A stretch of DNA of 60,858 nucleotides, the filler included, from Basidiobolus meristosporus CBS 931.73 (Eukaryota; Fungi; Basidiobolomycota): NCBI GenBank assembly GCA_002104905.1. It is 3 parts of 3 records of this genome, joined end to end, with 100 filler letters (N's around TTAATTAATTAA, not from the genome) between each part and the next. Parts side by side here need not be neighbours in the genome. Positions count along the whole stretch, not along the records: positions 1 to 17,869 come from MCFE01001079.1; 2 more parts are not named here. One strand, given 5' to 3'. The notes below the pieces were generated by a model. The model was given only the letters and a program-made list of their open reading frames with translations. It had not been told where the DNA came from and did no database searches. The position numbers and the translations under genes are program-made. How positions within the stretch are numbered: the stretch's first letter is position 1; every line of letters begins with the position of its first letter. This document shows positions 1 through 13,431 of the stretch, piece after piece.

Positions 1-3000
1 CAGTTCACACAAATACGACACCTGGGCCTCCTGGGTTGACACAGTACTCTACCGTATCCGCGCCGCTACGTGGCCTTAGCAGCAGCAAATACAATCTTGG
101 GTCCTGCAGCGCACTCCTTGTAATCAAGTCGACATCCTGATTTCGTTGCGTTCGAATGAGATATAGTAAGCAGCTGTGAGTTGTATAGGTGGCCTCGTAC
201 AATCACCTCATTCGCCCAGGCTTTCCCTAATTTGGCGGTAGGTTTGAGAAATCAGTAGTCAATCAAGTCAACACATTGGATACGCTTGGTACACCTAATA
301 GAGTCTCAATAGCCGAGTAGGTTACCATAAATCCGTAGTGTCGAGAATAGAAGCCTAACCTCAGAGGTGTACATAAGCAGCGAGTCTCGGGACCCCGCTT
401 TCTGCGGTACACCTCGAGAATCAACTAGGCCAAAATGGTATCGCTTTGATATGCGATACATATCATCATCGCTGCGCCCTGGCTGGCTTGTTTCACTCAA
501 TAAATTCTCCAATGCGTAAGGGTTCCAGTCCATGGAACTCCTTTGGGTTTCAATCCATGGTTCGTTAGCAACAGCGACGAGTTGATCTCATTTTGAGCTT
601 TTCATAACATTTAGAGGGATCCAGGCTGTAAACCATGCCCTAGGCCTTGGGTTATGCAGCATGCAGTCTAGTGACATTACTAAATTCTGGTTTTTCATTA
701 CGGATCGTTTCATCAGCTCCAACCTCCAGCGCTTATTAAACCAGACCAAGGTTCAGAGTACCCAGGAATGAACAGTAGCATCGCTAATTGGCACGTTGCA
801 CAAGATAAAGTTATGAATCCTGGTATTAGCCGCCACAAGTGGCTCCAGCTTTACCCGAGCATTCAGCTGCTCTACCTGCATATCTCTTTGGATAGTGTCT
901 CCCGATCACGGGTCATCTAACCCCAATGGACTAGCGATCGGCTTGATACCTGACCAGAGGCTCAACGCCACCAACCTCCCCGAAATATTCCTAGAGCATT
1001 AATCAGGTCGCAGGCCCATATTCATTGCACCATGGTTACATTCTTCTCATCAACTATCAGGTTGGCAACGTGATTTTCCGATTTATGCACTACGAGGAAT
1101 CTGGTTCCTGGTGACATCAACTTTAAGCTACTGTGTTTGGATCGCTCGCTCACCACTTTACGTACATTCGTGTACCTGTAGGTCGATTGCGCACAGAGTT
1201 GCTGAATTTCTTAGGATAAACTCGAGTAATCACCCAGATGAGATTATCACTTAGATTATACCAGATTAGCCCGCTCAAGAGCATCTCGTGATGCTATGTT
1301 CTCTGCAGCCGGGCCTCACGCGCCATCAGGGTATAACACCCAAAACACACCTGAAGACTGTCATGCGCTGGAGGTAATCATATGGAATTGGCATGTCCTA
1401 AGTGGACCAACATACATAGGCCAGAGATTTGAGTCAAACAGCATGTCCTTGGTCACACGATCACTTTTGAGACCTCAGCTATATTTGCTTAGCCCTATCT
1501 CGGTGCAGTCATTATATTTCAGCGCCACATCTGCTAGCTTACACCCTGACCTCGGCCCATTGCCCTACCGCTACGCCCTCGCTAATGGCGAACCCATTTG
1601 GCTACTTTTTTGTGGTCACTGAACGACAGCCATCGCTGCGTGGTAATACGGGGTTTCAGTTGGCATAGGTGGCCTCGTACAAACGAGCGAGCGTTAAATC
1701 AGGAAAGCCTAGTATGCCAGGAATTCCAGTACGGAAGTAGGTTAGTTGAAAAACTGATAGTATGGAAGCTATGGCCGGAAAGATGCGCAATCATGTTTTA
1801 ATGCAAGAACCGGGGAAGTGAGGTGCATATTGGTGTACCCTCGTCCAAGGCCGATGTGCCAGGCTCTACACTCCATTCTAGAGTGGGCTCCTTTATTGAA
1901 ACGGCCAATTGAACATCAATGATTACACGGGGGTATGTGATTTGTATGGTGCTGCAAAGCTCAGGTGACCGAAAGCATGCTTATCGAGATTGTCTTTGAT
2001 AAAACTGGCACTTGACTTCTCACTCCATCTTCAAATCCCTCTTTTAGACATCTCTTTCTGTGTACTAGCACTACAGGTACGAAAAGATGTGGCGTGCTTA
2101 GCTTTATTGGACTGAATAGGCATTTTTATAGATAGCACAAGAAGTACAAGTACAAAAGACTAGTTGCCATTCTTAGCAGCATCGATTTACTTCTCGAGCC
2201 ATCAGGCATTTGGCTATATGGCATGAGTCAAGTAAAGCAACAACCAGGATCAATATTGCCCGACGAGTTCATTGGATTTGCCCAAAAAGATACAGCTGGC
2301 CAATGGATTTAATCTCTCACTGAACTTATCTCAATCCAAAACCATTGCTTAAACGAGCAATCAATTATGTATCGATTAGTGCTGGGGTGCTTGGAGTGAG
2401 GGCTCGACAAAATGTGAGAAGTTGAGGAGCACTTGGTCAAAATGGGGCGCTTCGCTCCTTGTTACGGATGCCCTTTGCCCTAAGTCGTGATGAGCTACAA
2501 TGAAAGTGGCTTTTGTTGCATGGCCTGTATGAAGCTTGATGAGTTGTCCGCTGTATGTCGCAGCTCCTCAAGCTAATCAACATCTGCTCGGATTTTCCCA
2601 TGTTGCTTGCCTTTCACAAAACTAGTGCCTATGTTGAACATAACAGGAACCACCATGCCGCGCTGATTGGCCAGAATCACCTCCAACAAACAGTCATGTC
2701 ATATTCGGCAGATTGTGCATCGCAGTGAGATCGGTGCTTAGTGATTATCTGTGATTATCCTCGACTTTTCAATCTCACGCATGTTATTGGTGAATATAGT
2801 TGCAATTCGAGTCTGCCTCAGTTGGATCGAATAGGCACAAACCAGTAGCTAGCAAGGTGATCACTATTGGCCTTGGCCTTGGTGAATGGGTTCACTTCTG
2901 ATAGGAATACGGCACAAGTGGTTGGCAGTTGCTCGGGTTCACGCTGGGGCATCAAGTGCCAGTCCCATAAGGAGACATTGAAGGCTCTGCGAGGAATTCA

Positions 3001-3469
3001 GTTCTACTTGGAGAACCCACCCAAGAAACAGCAGCCTTTGGAAATTCTTAGTTTCTCTCCAGGTCATTTGATCTTATGCTCTGGCCAATTTAGTATGCCA
3101 CTGCTTTCTGTTGTGAAAGAGCCAGAGCTTGAGGGCGACACCATTTCAATTGATCTTGGCCAGCAGCTGAATAAAATTTGGTGCAACCAATACGTGTACC
3201 ACCGTCTCACATTGCTATTATTTGAGACTTTTCAGGAGATTTGATTGGCCACAAAGGCAGTGCGGAAGATATAAGAACCCAGCTCAGGTGGGGTGAAGCG
3301 GTGAACATCCATCAGAATCATTCATTATTTCTAGCACCTCATATCTCGAGAAGCCCATTAGGGAAACGCTATATCTGTTTGCAGACCGACTACTCCACCC
3401 GATTTATCGTTAAGATTACCACATCCTTCAACTACCACACATACTTTGAGTTAGCCAGGGATAAGATCA

Positions 3470-4684
3470 ATGAGTTTCAACTTTGACTTCGTCAACCAAG
3501 ACTCCTGTAAGCCTGTTACCGAGTCCGGAATGGTCTCTCAATACCAAGATATGAAAATACCCACCTCGGATCCTTTTTCGTGGGCTACTTCACAATCGGA
3601 TCTATCAGTTACTGACGGTTACAACGCATCCAGCACTGCAATGACGTCGAATTCGGTGCACTCGTTTGATTTCACAAACATGCTTACACCTGGATTTAGC
3701 CCTATTGAAAGCCTGTGTAGTAGCCCAGACAGCCCGGGATTCCTGGCCAATGAAATACACAACATGGACACCATGTCTCCATTAGATATCATTACCCTAC
3801 AGCAGCAGCTGGTTGCAAACGGAACTATGACCTTAGCTCCCAGTCAGAATACACATGACAGTAGAAGCAGCTACGCAGTGATGGACGAAGGAGGATTCGA
3901 TCTATACTTCGATCTGAACGAAGAGAATTACACCGACAATTCGCCGCCATTAAGCAAAGGATGCAACGAGTCTCCTGATGGTGGAAAAAGAGCTGCTGGT
4001 AAAAATAAGCCCCAACGTGATCTCGTGTGCTTCAATTGTGGAGTGACCAGCACACCATTGTGGAGACGTACACCCGATCGTAAGCACTCACTGTGTAATG
4101 CTTGTGGCCTTTACTACAAACAGTACCAAACACATCGTCCTCTGCATATCCGACACAAGCCAGCAGCTCCTGAACACGTGAAGCCTTATCCAAGCCAAAG
4201 CCCACGCAAAGTTACCCAGCCGAATGTGACGAAAACCAAAGATGGAGAAGAAACGCCTATCGAGTGCGTCAATTGTCACCAAACCAAAACCCCACTCTGG
4301 AGAAAAAACGACAAAGGCCAGCCAATTTGTAACGCTTGTGGCTTGTACGCAAGACTGCATCATAAGGATCGTCCGGTGACCATGCGGAAATCCAAGATTC
4401 AAAGAAGAAGAAGGGATTGGTCACTTGCCTCCTCCGATCAGCAGAGCTTTGAATCCATGTCACCATTGACGCCACCGCATACTCCTTCCTTCCCATCACC
4501 ATGCATGGAGCAACACACGGTGAGCCCGCTTTTCGATCTGAACGAGACTCGTTTCGAAGAGACCCTATCGCAACTTTCTACAAACGAATTGAAAACCTGG
4601 CACAATTTCTTCGAAAAAAGAGCTAAGCTACTTGAGGAAGCTCTGGATGCACACCAGACACATTCTTCCACAGAATCAGCTTAG
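3470..4684 (+). CDS. GATA-type transcription factor with two zinc fingers
   Basis: Single 404-aa ORF with CFNC-x18-CNACGLY and CVNC-x17-CNACGLY fingers, both with TPLWR motifs, and a basic tail ([15 protein letters not shown]). Confidence 0.93.
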   Translation: MSFNFDFVNQDSCKPVTESGMVSQYQDMKIPTSDPFSWATSQSDLSVTDGYNASSTAMTSNSVHSFDFTNMLTPGFSPIESLCSSPDSPGFLANEIHNMDTMSPLDIITLQQQLVANGTMTLAPSQNTHDSRSSYAVMDEGGFDLYFDLNEENYTDNSPPLSKGCNESPDGGKRAAGKNKPQRDLVCFNCGVTSTPLWRRTPDRKHSLCNACGLYYKQYQTHRPLHIRHKPAAPEHVKPYPSQSPRKVTQPNVTKTKDGEETPIECVNCHQTKTPLWRKNDKGQPICNACGLYARLHHKDRPVTMRKSKIQRRRRDWSLASSDQQSFESMSPLTPPHTPSFPSPCMEQHTVSPLFDLNETRFEETLSQLSTNELKTWHNFFEKRAKLLEEALDAHQTHSSTESA

Positions 4685-7600
4685 TATCATCAGCATGGTT
4701 CATTTTTATTTCCGACTTAGAGCTCTATCGAAGAACACTGTTTTCGCTTTTCATTCACACTTCAGAATTACATGACCTGCCATCCAAACTGCATTTCTCC
4801 GTAGAACTTCGTTGCATTTCAGCTTACTCATTATTTCACCATCGGATCTCTCAATGTAAATAAATGAAATTGTATATTACTGAAGTTGGTCGAAGAAATC
4901 AACACATGATTCAAAGGCATGTCTGTTGATTAGTTTGTACCCGTAAGGCGGATTTCACTACACCTCACCTAATAGAATCTATTCCCTTATGGAGGGGAGG
5001 TAGCAGAATCATAGGTTGGGCGCAAATCTAGGAAATTGGCAGTTCCAACGTGAGACCTGGATTTGGAAGGTAAATATATCACAACTGCCAATGGTTGGAT
5101 TGGTCGTTTGTGCGAGGCCACCTACACCCCACGTTAACCAATTGAATAGGTGGGAGGTTGTTTTGCACGCTTGAAGTCAAAATTCTTCAGTACCCCGCAT
5201 CCACACCAATGAAGCGAGCACAGACCGACTATATACCAACCACAATTGGTGGCATTTCCAACGATTTACGTCATATGAAGGGGCACTTATGTAGCAAATG
5301 ACTTGACAGTGTACATTTCTTATAATTCCTTGGTTTTAAGTCATTCACTTGACACAGAATATGTGAAATGGTGTTTATTTAGTCATGACTGACAGCTTGG
5401 ACCTTCTATAAATATAATTGAATTCACACCGCCCCACAGGCTTGATAATTGGATCATACTACTACTTGATTAACTACTACAACGCTTGACCTTGGTGATT
5501 GTATGTTTTGCAGATCTCGACATTTGCAGTTCATGGACCGTAGTCGCTGCTTGTACACCTTCATCTATTTTGTTCTTACTATAGTAAACCTCTCCTTTGC
5601 AGAGAGTAGTACTATCTGATCCAAAGTGCGATTAACATAAGTCAAATGTATTTTGCTACTCAGAAATATATATGGTGCATGTGGTACAACTAATGGTTTA
5701 CCGCTCAATTGTTCATATATCAAGATCTTATTCTCATTGATCTGAACTATGAATAGTTGCAAACTTTTCCCTATATCTATGGTGGATGGAAAGCGCGTGT
5801 GAAGTTACTTCCGAGTTTCCTAAACGACCGTAGAGTCTGCATCCATCTCGCCATGACCATATACAACACATTCAAATGAGTAATTTTATCATGGTCTACT
5901 AAAGTCAAGGTTCTACATGTGCTTGATATGCCAACGAATAGTATGATTAGTATCTACTTCGAAGCCATTTTTGTTGTACAATTTGGATCTCCACCTAAAT
6001 ACTGACATCTTCTTTGTAACTTAGAGCCTAGCTTATACTGCTGTTTCCTGACCAAATTCTAAGCCAGGATCCACTTTGAATCTTTTCTATCAAAGTGTCA
6101 GGTACACAGAGTGTGATACTACTCAGGGTTATCCATTAATCCTGTCACATTACCCATATGCTCTTGGGATCATTCTGAGCATACTCTATCAGCTTGCAAT
6201 AGATCATAGAGCAAAAGCCATATAATCGATCAGCTCTCCTGATAACCTCCAAAATTGCCAAAATCCTAACAAAGCTTTCACAGCCTAAATGAGAATTCAT
6301 GAGCTGACCAAAGCTGCAGAATTACCTTTTGATTCCGGATGATGATTGGAAGTGCATCTGCAGTGTCTAATACTAGCATTCCAACTCAAGAATATCTTGA
6401 AATAATGATAGGCCCATGGTGTTTGCATTGCATCCTTATAGTAATTGCAATTAGTACAGGTTCCAGGACCTTCAGTTTTCTACTTTGACGAAACAGGAAT
6501 CCAGAAAATTTTCACTTTTCTATCTATTCAAGTGCCTATATCAGCCTAGCCCAACGATGAATTGTCTCAAGTAGTATGCAGGCTATATAGGCTTTCTGTC
6601 AGAGTATTCATCGAAAGGATAAATGTTACATGATAGTGTTGCAGATACTGGAAGTGATTGGGAGAACAACCTATCAAGCTTTAATGTTCTATTTACTTGA
6701 CGTTTTGGTGTGAATATTCGCAGTGAATCCCAATAAATAATTTGGGCAGGAAAGCGTAAAGTTCATAGGCTATGATCTAAGTGATCATGTTAATGCAGTA
6801 CTTGAGTGTCAATATCGAACTTACCCCGAAATGAACATGAAGATAGTGAAGCAATATGGTACAATTGTGTTCTAATAAGTCTGCGATTCTATTATTCTTG
6901 TGGAAGATACCAGCAATTTGACATATCATATCCGAGGCAAGGCGTGCATACTTTCCATATTCGTATTGTTGAGATATATTTGAATGACTAAATAAACCAT
7001 GCTACATAATAATTCTGATAACGCTCAAGCGCCTCGGCATTAGGCCCCTCAGCAATATCTCTCAATTGCCCAATGGAAATTATGCAGCCCCATGTTCGAT
7101 CCACGCGCCGTCGGGGAAAGGAATGTGGATGCCATCGCCGGGCTGGACTATCCAGTCAGTCGAGGCGACGTGGATAAACCAAAGCCTTTCCTGATCAATA
7201 TCTGTTAAGGAGGACCAAAGTCGCTCGATATTGCTTTGGATGATGACCAAGTAATTGGATTAGCCTCGGTGTCTGGTTACCTTCCAGTCATGCGACGGAT
7301 GTTTATAGGATGTGCGCTGCATGTGTTCATCCACTGGTTGATACTCAAGCTGCTGATCCTGGCATTGGGTGATTAGCAGGGTTTCCACGGCTGGTGATTT
7401 GGTCATGACGTGGTCCGTGGATGCTAAGGAATTTTGAAACCCGATATGCGGTCACGAGTGGTCTGGACTCTCTAAGTACATTACAGGTCCAAGCACCATT
7501 CACAGGGAAAGTTGCACAAGTGCTCCGGCGGAAAAACGTCACTTTGACTCGATTCCTACACCAAACAAAAAGCTCATTTGGTACAATGATGCCACTCAGT

Positions 7601-7799
7601 AACAGCATTATGAGCAGCCTGACAGTGTCGACTGGAATGTTAGAGACATTGCTGCCTGGTTTGCCAGCATCCGATGTTGGATTTGGCCAGTCGCTCTCTA
7701 GTTCTTTAGTAGCGTTTGGTTCTTACATTGGGTACCTTGGTCGTTGTAGGACGAGGAAGCGCTATCAATAAAATACACAGCCAGGGCCAATTTCACGAT

Positions 7800-9830
7800 T
7801 TATGGATTAGAGTAATTCAGGAGGCTCCAAAAGCCGCTCTCTTCCAGAGCACCCTCGAATAACCATTCGTCCAGAGTCGAAGGAATAGCATCGACAAGGT
7901 CGGTGGTTTCTGTGCTGGAGAGGTTCTGATAAAAAAGATCATGGATTGGTTGAGGGGGCTCGATTGCACGCAGGTCAGGAAAGCTGCCGTTCCCTTGATC
8001 CATAGTGGCCAGACGTTGTTTCAAGCGATGGCGTAAGGCAAGGACAACATTATATGCGGACTTAGCCATTTTGTTGCACTGTGCCATCGTATTCAATCGA
8101 TCCATTCCCCATTCGATGCTACGAAGCGAGGCATCTAATTTGTCGCGATTCTCATGTGGGTAGAGTATGTAGATCGATGCTGTAAGAACCATTGCGTCAA
8201 AGGTCGAAAATACTAGATTGAAGGCCATGTATTGTCGCGGATCTGATTGTGTGAAAAGACGAGCCTGCGCACCAAGAATCTTAAGGGCTGCCCTCAATGC
8301 CTCGGTACGGCTCTGGGCGACAGAGAAGATGTACGGTCGGTGCAAAGCAAGAAGCACAAAGTAGATTTCGGAGGAAAGAGTCTCGCGGGCAGCTGGTAGC
8401 CAATAGCAACTGGGGTGTTTGTCAAATTTAAGATTGGGATTCTCAAGACGACACCAGTCAGGCAGATTACGTATATTGCCTAGGATGGCTGTGTGGATAT
8501 CGCTAACGGTACAGTAGTAGTCTTCGGGGCTTGCACCACTGCTTTCTAACTCGTGAATTTTGGGGAGATATCGGTAAGCAGTATTATATCCCATGAGAAT
8601 GACCGTAAAAGGCGTCGGAGGATCAGTCTCCACTCTCTTGGTTGGGGGAGCATCGTCTCGTCTTTGAAGCACATCATTCGCAAATGTGTATGTTTGGAGA
8701 TTGGTAGACATGGGTCTGCCCAGGACGACAGCCATGTGAGCATCCCACAAGTGTAAAGCTAGCCACATTCTTCTGCGCATCTCAATATCCCAGGATGACG
8801 CATCCTCCGAAGATTTGCCAGAATGCAGATCAATCTCCTGTGCATCTCTAATGGTTATTCCAAGCACATGCCAGGCTTCAACAACACAGCTGCTGCTTTT
8901 CAAAAACGATGCCCTAAGCAACCCAGCTTGTACAGTGGCCAGCGTAGTTTCCCTCTTTCCTAGGATCGTAAGAATCATATTCCCAGACTCGCTGAATTCC
9001 ATAGCTAGATCATGAAACGTCATCCCAGGTGCGTATTTTAGCTGTTCCAGAGCTTCATCGCCATTTGCTGCATATAATAAAGCTTGTGCCAGGACTTGAA
9101 AAAGTAGCGCGGGGAAGACACGAATATTGACAGGTAAGTCGAGCGGTCCTCGTTGAAAGGTCGAGTATGAGACTTTTCCCCAAGCTTCCAATTGCTGCCT
9201 AAACATCATCTCGTCTATTACGTCGTAGTTCCAGCACACATCAGCAAAGAACCTTTGCACTAGCATATCGATCCGGTTTCTTGAGGGTAGCTGACGGATG
9301 AGTTCTCTGTATCTCTGACTCAGTCCATCATTGAGGTTGCTTTGCACTACTGCTGTTAAGTAGGATGGACTTATTTTTCGAATTATTCCAAGAGTATTGT
9401 GGCTATTATGCATTGAATATCCAAGGGTACTAGCAAGAGAGGATATTACCTGCGGCTCAGATCTACTATTCAGATACATCTCTTCAGAGGTAATGGCCCC
9501 TTCGCTTGACTGGTCAGAGTTTGAGGGATTTTTCGGCCAAGTTTCAGTGGTCTGTACACTTTCGTAGAGGCAGAGTGACTAAATCTCGATTAGAACGGAG
9601 CGCGTTACTGCAGATGTATCTTATATAACTACCTGCTTACCGCGAGTAGTACAGTTGTTACACGGCTGAAGACGGTCACACTGTGAAACTGTAATCAGAA
9701 AGAAGCTCAACGAATGTATGTTTACTTTGAAACATACTTTTTTCTTGCGTCGATGACATTCGGTACAAGAGATTACTGTTCTCTTTCTTCTACGAAGCAA
9801 CCTACGCATTTCCACTGAAAGCAAGGACAT
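7800..9830 (-). CDS. Zn(II)2Cys6 transcription factor with fungal-specific TF (middle homology) domain; 3 exons
   Basis: Splicing two GT..AG introns joins RRRKRTVISCTECHRRKKK / CDRLQPCNNCTTRGKQ / SLCLYE in frame to the 559-aa ORF. That ORF has EMRRRMWLALHLWDAHMAVVLGRP and LALHRPY motifs. Confidence 0.9.
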
Positions 9831-10173
9831 AACAAATGGTCCTCACGGGCTTACTAACAACAAGCTATGTCAATTAAAAATAGTTGCGCAAATTACAACA
9901 ATGCAACCTATGCACAACACTCATTTTATACAGGTACTTCCTAATCATATATCAGTTATATAATCATCACATGAGCAGATTTTGCAAGCAGTTGGATTTA
10001 AGGTTGGAGTATTTCAATTACCAAGACAGAAATCTTTATTCAACCAAATTTAATAATAAGGTTAAACATATTCAAGGCTTTTTGAAGCTGATACTTGCAG
10101 TGTAAGGTTAGTGAAGGCTAGAAATTGTTTGTAAAAATAGCTCCTGGTAGATGGGTACTATAGAGACAAAATT

Positions 10174-10192
10174 TTAGGGTTAGGGTTAGGGG
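10174..10192 (+). repeat. Interstitial telomeric tract (TTAGGG)3G
   Basis: Read directly from the sequence. Confidence 0.95.
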
Positions 10193-10235
10193 TCTAAATT
10201 CTTTTATTGAATCTGATCAAGTATAGTAATACTAT
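10193..10235 (-). mobile_element. 43-bp 3' stub of a telomere-associated element
   Basis: Lies between two TTAGGG tracts. The minus strand reads AATAAAAGAATTTAGA then CCCCTAACCCTAA, resembling the 3' ends of the other array units but without the hairpin. Confidence 0.5.
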
Positions 10236-10424
10236 TTAGGGTTAGGGGGGGAGACAGTCACCAACAGGTGAAATCTTTATTTCAGTTGAAACAAAGAAGC
10301 CAGCACTACTGTTGTAGCTTTGATACAAGAGTGTGTAGCTGAGGGGAATTTGTAGGTAAGTTAATAAGAAGTGATGATAGTTCTTCAGTGCTCAAGACAC
10401 TGTTCAGTGGGAAGGGGGGTAGCA
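10236..10424 (-). mobile_element. 3'-terminal stub of the telomeric LINE plus its TTAGGG junction tract
   Basis: 10252-10424 is nearly identical to 14704-14876 (one difference seen, GCCAGCAC vs GCCAGCGC). It is preceded by TTAGGGTTAG7. Confidence 0.92.
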
Positions 10425-11121
10425 TGTTGTATCCAAGAGAAAGTGTAATAAAGCTCTTGAATGGTTTAACTGAACCAAAGGGACAATTAAGTGCAGAATC
10501 TTAGAATTGTCAGAGAGTGGCAGAAATATTAGCAGAAAGATTCTGATCTAATATTGGTCTTGGATATAGCTGGGTTGGCTATAAAGGCAATGATATTTGT
10601 TTGCTAGGCAGGCTAGGCTTGGTGTTCTTTGGAGTGCTAGATATACTAGGCTTGGATAGAAACTGGAACCGAATTGTTGGATTCTTATTTTTGCTGAGAC
10701 AGAATCTTAATTTTGTTGAGACACACACTAAACCAAAAGGTTCAGTAAACTTTATTTATACTTTTCTGATCAAGTTGAATTATTAAGCACCAAGGGACTG
10801 GATTGATTGAAATCAATTTGGGTGTTCATAGGTGCATAAGATAAATGAAAATTACATCATCAATCAACTGATGTCTTGGCAACTGCACCATGGTTGGATA
10901 GATCTCAGATGACTAATCACCTGGGAAGGCTTGGCAGATAGGTTGATAACGTAATGACCATTTGAAAATAGATCAGGTGTGATAGCTAAAAATAGATTCT
11001 GAGGTGGGATAAAATAAACTGTAACTGGGATTTGTTATGTTTGGGTTAGGGAAAATCAGTTAGGGTACCAGATTTTCAAACGGAGTAAAATTGGCTAAGT
11101 TTTAAATGTTGATGCACAACA
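10425..11121 (-). repeat. 3' LTR of a chromovirus (Ty3/Gypsy), ~697 bp
   Basis: Has TGTTGT...ACAACA termini and starts exactly where identity to the LINE stops. It abuts the pol stop codon and purine tract GGAAGGAAGTGA. A diverged partial copy is at 52621-53010. Confidence 0.85.
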
Positions 11122-13405
11122 TCACTTCCTTCCGGAAGAGGAGTTTTTTGATACCTTCTGGGTTCCTCTACGGCTCCAATACTGATCAATAATGGCAACA
11201 TCATCAAAGTTGGTGTAAGGTTCCCAGGTGTTGTGTTTGGCATCATAGCCTTTCCACTTGACTAAATAAAGGCAATTTGGTTCTTCTCCATCATGGTCCA
11301 CAATAGCTTCAACTTCATAGGATTCCAAAGTTACTGGGTCTTGGGAAATAAGTTTGAGTGAAGAAGGTGGAAAGTTTTTGGGTAGCAGTGCTCCAGTGTT
11401 ATCCTGCAGTACATAAGATCCTCCAGTAGTGCAACTGATAACCTTGAATGGTCCTTCATACTTGGGGTCAAGCTTAGATTGCCGGATTGGATCTAGTGTC
11501 ATGACATATGACCCATCTGGGAAGCTGCTGTTCCTGTGTCTTGAGGTGTACGTTGAAGTCATCTTTTGCTGAGAGGCCTTACTTCTGGCACTGATAGCAG
11601 GGTAGACAATGTTGGTAAGGTACTCAAGCCGGTTCTTTAGCTTATCTGTATTCAAACTTGCTAACTCTGTATTCTGGCAGTCTCCAAAGTGGTTGTATCT
11701 TCTTCCAAACATCAAGGAAAATGGTGTTGATCCATGTAGAGTGGCAATTTTGGTGTTGATAGCATATTGTACAGTTGGAATGTACTTGTCCCAATTCTTC
11801 TTGATACCTTAGATAGATTTCCTGATGATGTTCATTGAGGTCTGACATGTCTTTCATCCAGTCCATTAGCTTTGGGAAGATATGGAGTGATCAGACGGTG
11901 ATCAATGGTGCTATTCTGGCAAAGGGCTTTGATCACGTGATTCACAAATTCTGTTCCATTATCCGATTGAATGACCTTAGGGAATCCAAAAAGGCAGAAG
12001 AGCTTGAATAGTTCTTGTGCAATAGTGGCAGCATACTTGTCTGGGATAGCTTTGAGGAAGACAAAACGTGTGCAGACATCCACAATTACAAAGAGGTAGT
12101 GATTACCATCATCACTAGTGGTGAAAGGTCCAGCTAGATCAATTGCAATATGATCCATAGGAAGGCTTGCATGGATGGGGCTCAAAGGGTGAGATCCATG
12201 GCGGCTGATGTTGTAAAGTTGACATTCTCTGCACAACTTGACAAATTCTAAGCAGTCAACTTTGATATTTGGCCAGTGATATCCATCAGAGTGTAGCTTC
12301 TTCATAAGTGTGTCAGCTCCAAAGTGGCCAAGTAAATGACTCCTCTGTATCAATGTTTTCCTTTGTTCTTCAGGTGGGATTTTCCAAGTTGCTGAATCCA
12401 GTTGAGGAATTATTTTGGAAGTTGTAGAGAGTTTACTGATTACATCAGTAATCACATGTCCCTCCCAAGGTGAAGTTGGAAAAAGTCTTGACAGGTGGTC
12501 AGGAAGGATGTTGAGAATTCCTGGGCAATGAATAACTGTATATTCATAATCAAGTAGAGTATCAAGCCAGTTGGTAAGCATTGGAGTCAGAGTCTTCTGA
12601 GTGTGGATATAGACAAGGGCTTGGTGGTCAGTGTACAAGGTAAAAGGATTACCCCATAGATACTGATGAAACTTCTTCAAGGCAAAGACTATGGCAAGTA
12701 GCTCCTTCTTGGTAGCAGAGTAGTTTCTCTCAGCAGGTTGTAGGGACCTGGCTTGGAAAGAGATCCAGTGAGGCGGATTTTGGTCTTCATCTTGATAGAG
12801 GACTGCCCCTAACCCAACATTAGATGCATCTGTAGCAACAACAAAAGGCTTAGTAAAGTCTGGGTAGGATAAGGTGGGTGCTTGTGGAAGCAGTTGGCAG
12901 AGTGACTCAAAGGCTTGGTCATGAGTCTTGTTCCAGGCTGAGGTGAGATCAGGGCTATGGCGTAATGCATCTAAAGGGGCACTCAATGAGGACATGAGTG
13001 GTATGTGTTCCCTGAAATAGCTGAATACTCCAAGATAATGTTGAAGTTGCTTGGCGCTAGTGGGTTTTGGCCATTCTGGGATATTGACCAGTTTGAAAGG
13101 ATCTAATTGGTGGCCAGCTAGTGTGACTATAAATCCAAGTAGATTGATTTTGAGGCGGGCAAAACTGCACTTTTCAGCATTGAGAATCAGTCCAGCAGTT
13201 GTCAGTCTGTTGATTACATCAGTGACATGGGTTGCATGATCATCACGGTTAGTGGAAAATATGATGACATCATCAACAAATACCAATGCGTATGGTGCAT
13301 TCTTGAGTATTATAGTCATGACTCTCTGAAACTTGCTGGTAAGTGTCTTTAGGCCAAAGGGAGCTCCCTGAAACATCCATTGCATATTATTCCAAGTAAA
13401 GGCAC
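11122..13405 (-). mobile_element. 5'-truncated Ty3/Gypsy chromovirus pol (partial RT, RNase H, integrase, chromodomain), disrupted
   Basis: Motifs APFGLK, FVDDVII, TDASNVGLGAVL, HLLGHFG, DLAGP, QSDNGTEF and chromodomain YEVEAIVDH..YLVKWKGY..NTWEP. There is a frameshift near 11845 and a stop in the integrase. Gag, protease and the 5' LTR are absent. Confidence 0.93.
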
Positions 13406-13431
13406 TTAGGGTTAGGGCTAGGGTTAGGGGG
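13406..13431 (+). repeat. Interstitial telomeric tract TTAGGG TTAGGG CTAGGG TTAGGGGG
   Basis: Read directly; sits at the Gypsy RT breakpoint. Confidence 0.95.

Noticed and set aside
7000-7771. Short ORFs downstream of the Zn2Cys6 gene
   Set aside because: No recognisable domain and no consistent exon model.
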